DNA from: a virus
DNA: 35,279 nt
Virus record (IMG/VR): IMGVR_UViG_3300029567_000036
Coordinates: 1-35,279 of that record
Direction: 5' to 3' (one strand)
The notes under the pieces were generated by a model. It did no database searches. It was given only the letters and a program-made list of their open reading frames with translations, and was not told where the DNA came from. This document shows, piece after piece, positions 31,184-35,279 of this stretch (position 1 is its first letter; each line of letters begins with the position of its first letter). Both the position numbers and the translations under genes were made by a program.

Positions 31184-31464
31184 AGATAATTCCTCCCAAA
31201 AATAGATATAAAGTCCTTGTCCGGGTAGGCAGCTTCAAAAGCCTGCTGCCCAACCCGGTGTAAATAGTCCATCGTCTGCTTGCAGTGGTGTGCACCTCTC
31301 GGCGGCTCGTTGTGGCAATTATGGCACAGGAGCACCGTCAAGCCGTATTTCTCGCTTTTCCGTCTGTTATATGCCCCAAATACATGGTGTCGCTCCAGGG
31401 CCCGCACAGAGCCGCACAGGTAGCACTGCCGCTGCTCTTCCGGCTGAATAATGCTCTTCTTCAC
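31180..31464 (-). CDS. HNH-like zinc-binding nuclease-family protein
   Basis: Contains CYLCG...HHVFG...LCHNCH. GTG 31464 gives a GTGA overlap with the upstream stop and is preceded by GGGAGG. The track's start at 31482 is TTG. Confidence 0.45.
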   Translation of the reverse strand: MKKSIIQPEEQRQCYLCGSVRALERHHVFGAYNRRKSEKYGLTVLLCHNCHNEPPRGAHHCKQTMDYLHRVGQQAFEAAYPDKDFISIFGRNYL

Positions 31465-31982
31465 TGTTTCCGTTCCTCCCAAGCAGACATCAGCTGCGCA
31501 AGCTCCGCCGGCGGCATAGTCTCAATGCCCAGTGCTTTGCAGTCCTGCACCACAGCGTCTATCAGCCTGGCCATACGCTTCGTCCCGTAGCAACTGGTGC
31601 CGTAATAGAACCGCACCAGCGAGGTGCGCGGGTAGATTCCATCATCCACTTTCTCCGCTGTCCAGCCCAGGCCGTTTCTCCCCCATGATTTCGTCATGGC
31701 ATTCACGGCACTGTCCGGCAGTTGGTAGTCCACAGACTTGCCATACTGCCGCACATAGCCCTGGTAAATCTCGTCCTTGGTGATCTGCGGGTCGTTCTTG
31801 GCCAACTCCGCTTGAAGCTTGCCGATCAACGCCCACATGTAGGCGTTAGCATCCAGGCTCCGGCGTTTCGGCTTTGGCTTAATCTCCAGCACATAGTCCT
31901 TTTGCTCTGCCAGGGAGCCTATGAACGCCCCCACCTTGGCCATAGTGGGAACCAGGTCAGCTTTTTTGAATTCGATTTTCAT
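31461..31982 (-). CDS. NinB/Orf-like recombination protein
   Basis: RRSLDANAYMWALIGKL resembles the RSLDQN..LW motif of lambda NinB. Confidence 0.45.
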   Translation of the reverse strand: MKIEFKKADLVPTMAKVGAFIGSLAEQKDYVLEIKPKPKRRSLDANAYMWALIGKLQAELAKNDPQITKDEIYQGYVRQYGKSVDYQLPDSAVNAMTKSWGRNGLGWTAEKVDDGIYPRTSLVRFYYGTSCYGTKRMARLIDAVVQDCKALGIETMPPAELAQLMSAWEERKQ

Positions 31983-31983
31983 C

Positions 31984-32613
31984 TTATAGCCCCAGCTTCA
32001 TAAAGATTTTGTCCGCCTGCTGACGGCTCAGGTCCTCAATGCGGCTGACCTTGTAATAGGCCAGCGCCTTTTTCAGTCGCTCGTTTTCAGCGTTTTCCTT
32101 AAGGATTGCCACTTGGTCCGGGCTGATTTTTTCCGCTGCCTGCTGCCGTGCCTGTTCTTTCTTCGCGTCCTGGGGCTGCACCTGCTGGTACTTTGTCCGA
32201 TCAGCTGCCCAGTACACATCTGCACCGAACCCTAACATCTTGCAGCACACCGACAGAGCGTCCGTATAAGCCATCTTGTAGCACTCATCGGAGGTGTACA
32301 GGCCGCTACGCTCCTTAGCCACCAACGAGGAACCGCCAATACCCGGAATAGGGGCGCTCCATTCATCGTTGTACTTCACATAGAGCAGCAGTTGCACATA
32401 CACAGTCACCACGCCATCCGCACCCTGATCTTGCCATGTGCGGCTGACTTCCACCTTCCAACCGATACCACAAGGGCCAAACTGCTCCGTCAGTGCCTTG
32501 ATACGCCACATTGGGTTAATATCAGTCATGCCCTTTAAGCGGCCTGCGCTAATGTTCTTCTTGGCGCTGTCCGGAACCTTGCGCACCGCCTCATATATCT
32601 TCATGTTCTCCAT
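31984..32613 (-). CDS. Rad52/Sak-like single-strand annealing protein
   Basis: Contains DINPMWRIKALTEQFGPCGIGW. ATG 32613 lies 6 nt after GAGGTG. Confidence 0.5.
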   Translation of the reverse strand: MENMKIYEAVRKVPDSAKKNISAGRLKGMTDINPMWRIKALTEQFGPCGIGWKVEVSRTWQDQGADGVVTVYVQLLLYVKYNDEWSAPIPGIGGSSLVAKERSGLYTSDECYKMAYTDALSVCCKMLGFGADVYWAADRTKYQQVQPQDAKKEQARQQAAEKISPDQVAILKENAENERLKKALAYYKVSRIEDLSRQQADKIFMKLGL

Positions 32614-32623
32614 TCCATTCACC

Positions 32624-33103
32624 TCACTTGATCACGCAGCCGGGGGTCTCAATCAGTGCCGCACCGGCTACCGTCTCCCCCGCCAACAGAGCTTTTCGGA
32701 TAGACGCCTTGTCCACCTTGGGCGGCTGGGGCTGCATGTATTCCGCCGGCACCGCTGCCAGATTGAACACATCCACCGACTTGCTCGATGTACTGGTCAG
32801 CACGAACCGTCCGGCCTGCACCTTATCCTGCTGGGTGGCAGCCAGGTACTGTGCCAGGGTCTTCTTCATGCGCTTAATGGCGTTGTCCGCCCGCTTCTGT
32901 TTTTCAGCGAAGAAGTCCTTTTCTCGCTTGTAGTCCTCCGCATCCGCCGTCAGCTGCCGGATCACCATACCGTAGTCCTCCAGCTTCTCCGGCACCATCA
33001 TGCTGTCCAGTGTGTCCTGGACCGTCTGTTCATCAATCTCTCCGGCTTCCAGCAGCTCCATCAGCTGGGCTGCCTGGCCGGTCAGTTCATACAGTGTCGC
33101 CAT
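32624..33103 (-). CDS. Siphovirus Gp157-family protein
   Basis: Contains MATLYELTGQAAQLMELLEAGEID...PKVDKASIRKALLAGETVAGAAL. Confidence 0.65.
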   Translation of the reverse strand: MATLYELTGQAAQLMELLEAGEIDEQTVQDTLDSMMVPEKLEDYGMVIRQLTADAEDYKREKDFFAEKQKRADNAIKRMKKTLAQYLAATQQDKVQAGRFVLTSTSSKSVDVFNLAAVPAEYMQPQPPKVDKASIRKALLAGETVAGAALIETPGCVIK

Positions 33104-33221
33104 ATCGTTCTCCTTTGTCTATATTCAATACAATGCGGGCCTTTGCCCGCTCCTCCGGGTCGCAGTCTTGGGGGCAAAAGCCGTAGTCCTGCACAAACTT
33201 GTCCATCTCTGCGTTGGTCAT
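33087..33221 (-). CDS. Hypothetical 44-aa protein
   Basis: MTNAEMDKFVQDYGFCPQDCDPEERAKARIVLNIDKGERYGDTV, with a TGATG overlap and RBS GGGGGTG. Confidence 0.4.
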   Translation of the reverse strand: MTNAEMDKFVQDYGFCPQDCDPEERAKARIVLNIDKGERYGDTV

Positions 33222-33448
33222 CAGATCACCCCCAGGTCGTAGCAGCTGCGAAGCCAGTTTTCGCTGCGCCGTACAATGGTCACTTCCTTGTTGTTCTCGT
33301 CCAGCAGCTGCTCCAACTTCTCGCAAGCACATTCCCAGCAGTAGCTGCCGCTGGGCTCATCGTTGCCTGCACCGATGGAGAACCCATAGCCCTCAATAGC
33401 AATGTCGCAGCTGTCACAGGCGATCACGCCCGCCTCTTTGTCATACAT
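33221..33448 (-). CDS. Hypothetical 75-aa zinc-ribbon protein (CxxC...CxxC)
   Basis: MYDKEAGVIACDSCDIAIEG...YCWECACEKL, with RBS AGGAGG. An alternative ATG at 33454 is possible. Confidence 0.5.
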   Translation of the reverse strand: MYDKEAGVIACDSCDIAIEGYGFSIGAGNDEPSGSYCWECACEKLEQLLDENNKEVTIVRRSENWLRSCYDLGVI

Positions 33449-33683
33449 CGGCATTCTCCTCCTGCTTGTCTTCGTCATACACCAGCGGGCGAACAAACCC
33501 ATACGCCTTAGGCAGCGTCAGCAGAGCCTCGCTCACAGGTACAGACACAGCCTCCAACACATCGTATGTACAGCCCTGCACGGCCACTCTGTAACCGGAC
33601 TGTATATCGCTGAACCCAGGAGCACGGCACACCTTGCCGTTGGTCATGATCACCAAATCCATATATTCATTACTCATTGTCAT
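33441..33683 (-). CDS. Hypothetical 80-aa protein
   Basis: ORF in the early operon that overlaps its neighbours. Confidence 0.5.
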   Translation of the reverse strand: MTMSNEYMDLVIMTNGKVCRAPGFSDIQSGYRVAVQGCTYDVLEAVSVPVSEALLTLPKAYGFVRPLVYDEDKQEENADV

Positions 33684-33975
33684 TGTCCTTTCCCAGTTTT
33701 AAGGCGTGCAGATACGCCACATCAAAATCTGTCAGCGGCGCCAGCAGCACCACTCTATCCTTATCATCTTCAACCACCAGCTGCTTGTCCTGTCGGAGCT
33801 CGTCCTCGTCCTTGGGTAGTACGAACACTGCCAGGGCGATCAGTGCGCAGCCGGTGCCACTGATTACAACGGACACCCACCAGTACGGATTATCCGCCAC
33901 AAGGCAACAACCCAACATCACCAGCAGAAAGCCGGTGATCACCAGCACTATCCCTGCCTTTTCTCTTTTCGTCAT
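33670..33975 (-). CDS. Hypothetical two-TM membrane protein
   Basis: TM segments AGIVLVITGFLLVMLGCCLV and WWVSVVISGTGCALIALAVFVL. The C-terminus AYLHALKLGKD is shared with the mini-ORF 28109..28177. Confidence 0.55.
   Translation of the reverse strand: MTKREKAGIVLVITGFLLVMLGCCLVADNPYWWVSVVISGTGCALIALAVFVLPKDEDELRQDKQLVVEDDKDRVVLLAPLTDFDVAYLHALKLGKDNDNE
33686..33729. repeat. Dispersed 44-bp repeat, copy B
   Basis: See 28122..28165. Confidence 0.85.
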
Positions 33976-34154
33976 ATCTTCGCCAACTCCTTAACCTCGT
34001 CCGGGTGCTGGGCGTAGTAGTCGCTCATGCTCTCTGTGAGCCGGTGCGCCATCGCCGCCAGCATGCGGCTGTGTTCTTCTTCCGTCAAGTCCTCCAAGGG
34101 CTTAACCTTGCCATCCACCATAACCATGATCACGGTGGTCAGTTCTTTCTTCAT
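33972..34154 (-). CDS. Hypothetical 60-aa protein, first ORF after the noncoding gap of the early operon
   Basis: RBS GAGGTG lies 5 nt upstream of the ATG. Confidence 0.55.
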   Translation of the reverse strand: MKKELTTVIMVMVDGKVKPLEDLTEEEHSRMLAAMAHRLTESMSDYYAQHPDEVKELAKI

Positions 34155-34201
34155 TTCGTCACCTCAATTAAAGTTACGCAAGGCCGGATTGTCCGTATGC
34201 C

Positions 34202-34230
34202 TTGACTTTTTTTCTCTCAACGCCTATACT
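34202..34230 (+). promoter_or_regulatory. Near-consensus sigma70 promoter pointing against the early operon
   Basis: TTGACT at 34202..34207, a 17-nt spacer, then TATACT at 34225..34230. Confidence 0.55.
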
Positions 34231-34236
34231 ATAGGT

Positions 34237-34314
34237 GTTGATAATTGTGTTTACTCATTATATTAAGCTTATCAACTCCTTCGACCGACTGTTCCCGCAG
34301 TCGGTCCTTTTTAT
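34237..34314 (+). ncRNA. Candidate small RNA of about 78 nt, antisense to the early transcript
   Basis: The predicted transcript starts with the stem gttgataa (34237..34244) pairing with ttatcaac (34269..34276). It ends in a terminator hairpin. There is no credible ORF. Confidence 0.45.
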
Positions 34315-34316
34315 TT
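34283..34316 (+). terminator. Rho-independent terminator (plus strand only)
   Basis: gaccgactg, loop ttcccg, cagtcggtc, followed by ctttttattt. There is no U-tract in the minus-strand reading. Confidence 0.7.
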
Positions 34317-34383
34317 GCCAGCCCTTAAATCAGCAGCAGACCGCCCGCTGCGATAAATGTGATGTTGGGTGGGGCGGGCGTGC

Positions 34384-34431
34384 GGGAAATCAAAAAAGAA
34401 AAGAAAAAAGAAAGAAAGAGAAATGAAAAAA
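34384..34431. repeat. Polypurine/polypyrimidine tract
   Basis: gggaaatcaaaaaagaaaagaaaaaagaaagaaagagaaatgaaaaaa. The stretch 34392..34423 is 32 consecutive purines. Confidence 0.9.
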
Positions 34432-34488
34432 TATTTCCCCGCTGCCTGCTGCTTATCTAAAGGCTGGCCGCTCCTGCTCGCCGTCTCA

Positions 34489-34707
34489 TTATTGGGACAC
34501 CTTGCACAAAAAAATATCGACTTTATCAGCCGCTTTCGTAATTTGCAGGACGCTGCAAATTCGTTCAATTTCTCCGGTCTTGAAGTCACTTCTATTGTTA
34601 ATTTTAAGGCTCAATGTGTCCTTGTTCATGCCTATTTTCTGTGCAAGGCTTGTCTGTGTTAAACCCGCACTGGCAATAAAACCTAATAGACGATTCTTAT
34701 TAACCAA
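34489..34707 (-). CDS. Cro-like XRE HTH regulator
   Basis: Contains LLGFIASAGLTQTSLAQKIGMNKDTLSLKINNRSDF. TTG start lies 5 nt after AGGAGGTG. The gene is divergent from the CI-like gene. Confidence 0.75.
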   Translation of the reverse strand: MVNKNRLLGFIASAGLTQTSLAQKIGMNKDTLSLKINNRSDFKTGEIERICSVLQITKAADKVDIFLCKVSQ

Positions 34708-34739
34708 GCTAACACCTCCTTTTGTCTTGCTTTTCGTTC

Positions 34740-34753
34740 CATTTTTGGGACGA
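34740..34753. promoter_or_regulatory. Operator repeat O-a (CATTTTTGGGACGA)
   Basis: Identical 14-mer to 34788..34801. It overlaps the predicted start site of the Cro promoter. Confidence 0.6.
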
Positions 34754-34757
34754 CTTA

Positions 34758-34786
34758 ATCATACCACACCAAGAAACCGATGTCAA
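34758..34786 (-). promoter_or_regulatory. Early lytic promoter (Cro)
   Basis: On the minus strand, TTGACA (plus 34781..34786), a 17-nt spacer ending in TGg, then TATGAT (plus 34758..34763). Confidence 0.6.
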
Positions 34787-34787
34787 G

Positions 34788-34801
34788 CATTTTTGGGACG
34801 A
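34788..34801. promoter_or_regulatory. Operator repeat O-b (CATTTTTGGGACGA)
   Basis: Lies immediately upstream of the Cro -35. Confidence 0.6.
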
Positions 34802-34826
34802 TTTTTTGATTTTCTCCGATTTATCC

Positions 34827-34855
34827 TTGCTTTTTTGGGACGCTTGTGTTATTAT
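34827..34855 (+). promoter_or_regulatory. Repressor maintenance promoter candidate
   Basis: TTGCTT at 34827..34832, a 17-nt spacer ending in TGt, then TATTAT at 34850..34855. Confidence 0.5.
34830..34843. promoter_or_regulatory. Operator repeat O-c (CTTTTTTGGGACGC)
   Basis: Shares the 11-nt core TTTTTGGGACG and lies in the spacer of the repressor promoter. Confidence 0.55.
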
Positions 34856-34877
34856 CATTTTGCAGAGGTGATAATTT

Positions 34878-35279
34878 ATGAACGAAATTGCCGAACGATT
34901 ACTTGATCTCATTAATCGAAACAACGCAACTTACGGCGAATTATCAAAACAAACTGGAATACCTAAATCCGCTATCCAAAGATATGCCACTGGAGAAACG
35001 GAAAAGATACCTATTACAAGAATAGAACTACTCGCCAAAGCACTCCATTCAAGTGCAGCCTATCTTATGGGTTGGGAAGAACCCACCTCTCTCCGTGCCC
35101 CGGAAGTAACAGAAGATACGGTGATCTTCCCGGTAATCGGTGAGATTGCCGCAGGGTATGACTACCCTGCGTACGAGGACTGGAGCGGCGAGACGGTAGA
35201 AATACCCAAGTCTTACCTGCACGGCCGCAGCCGGGACGACTTCTTTGTGCTCTCTGTTAAAGGTGACAGTATGTACCCC
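34878..35279 (+). CDS. N-terminal part of the LexA/CI-like repressor (XRE HTH plus the start of the S24 domain); continues at 1..351 across the circular junction
   Basis: RBS GAGGTG lies 7 nt before the ATG. Contains LSKQTGIPKSAIQRYATGE (HTH) and an Ala-Gly cleavage-site candidate in GEIAAGYD. The frame is open to the window end. The joined product is about 217 aa. Confidence 0.9.
   Translation, partial: MNEIAERLLDLINRNNATYGELSKQTGIPKSAIQRYATGETEKIPITRIELLAKALHSSAAYLMGWEEPTSLRAPEVTEDTVIFPVIGEIAAGYDYPAYEDWSGETVEIPKSYLHGRSRDDFFVLSVKGDSMYP
35181..35279. repeat. Terminal direct repeat, copy B (identical to 1..99)
   Basis: See 1..99. Confidence 0.95.

Larger units (their letters stand above)
1..35180. 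mobile_element. Complete temperate tailed-phage genome (siphovirus-like), circularly closed contig
   Basis: The 99-nt terminal overlap closes the circle. All modules are present: lysogeny (repressor, integrase), replication/recombination, packaging, head, tail and lysis. Confidence 0.85.

Noticed and set aside
32438-33511. 357-aa plus-strand ORF
   Set aside because: It runs antisense across four well-supported early genes and has low-complexity Leu/Arg/His-rich content. Shadow ORF.
34235-34662. ORFs 34235..34426(+), 34311..34589(-) and 34369..34662(+)
   Set aside because: They have GTG or weak starts without an RBS. They read through a terminator and the polypurine tract (giving K/E/R or F/L/S runs), or lie antisense to cro. 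The region is treated as noncoding.
1-35279. Search by eye for tRNA, rRNA, a reverse transcriptase (DGR/retron), transposase or IS elements
   Set aside because: None recognised. No cloverleaf-like segments in the intergenic gaps, no RT motifs (YxDD) in any sizeable ORF, and no terminal inverted repeats flanking a transposase-like gene. A tRNA scan would be needed to exclude tRNAs formally.

Overview
The window is a complete, circularly closed genome of a temperate siphovirus-like phage. The first 99 nt (1..99) are identical to the last 99 nt (35181..35279), so the unit genome is about 35,180 bp. The junction falls inside one gene, a LexA/CI-like repressor (34878..35279, continuing at 1..351). 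Strong Shine-Dalgarno sites, the gene families present and the overall composition suggest a Firmicutes/Clostridia host; that is inference only.

Layout:
- Plus-strand lysogeny operon: CI-like repressor, a bPH-domain membrane protein, a fused MNT-HEPN protein, and a large serine integrase.
- Everything else is on the minus strand.
- Early operon: Cro-like regulator, small ORFs, Gp157, a Rad52-like annealing protein, NinB-like protein, HNH-like protein, SSB, replisome organizer with internal iterons, RusA, MT-A70 methylase and dUTPase.
- Late regulator, then TerS, TerL, portal, a MuF-like minor head protein fused to an ADP-ribosyltransferase, scaffold, major capsid, connectors, major tail protein, G/T chaperones, tape measure and a Tal-like fibre.
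- A collagen-like fibre, holin and endolysin follow the island described below.

Most noteworthy observations:
1. A single-chain MNT-HEPN (toxin-antitoxin fusion) with an intact RX4HXY motif sits next to a bPH membrane protein in the prophage-expressed operon.
2. A P22 immI-like secondary immunity island (divergent HTH genes plus an antirepressor) is inserted inside the tail module. It carries two 26-bp palindromes that differ by a compensatory change.
3. The island's XRE regulator ends in an SSB C-terminal-tip mimic (DDDDDNLPF).
4. A promoter, stem-loop and terminator unit antisense to the early operon is a candidate small RNA of about 78 nt.
5. The MuF-ART polymorphic-toxin-like head protein is followed by an unlisted 56-aa ORF that could be its immunity protein.
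6. Several autonomous morons and micro-ORFs fall below the 60-aa cutoff of the ORF track.

All family assignments come from motif recognition by eye. No database search was run.
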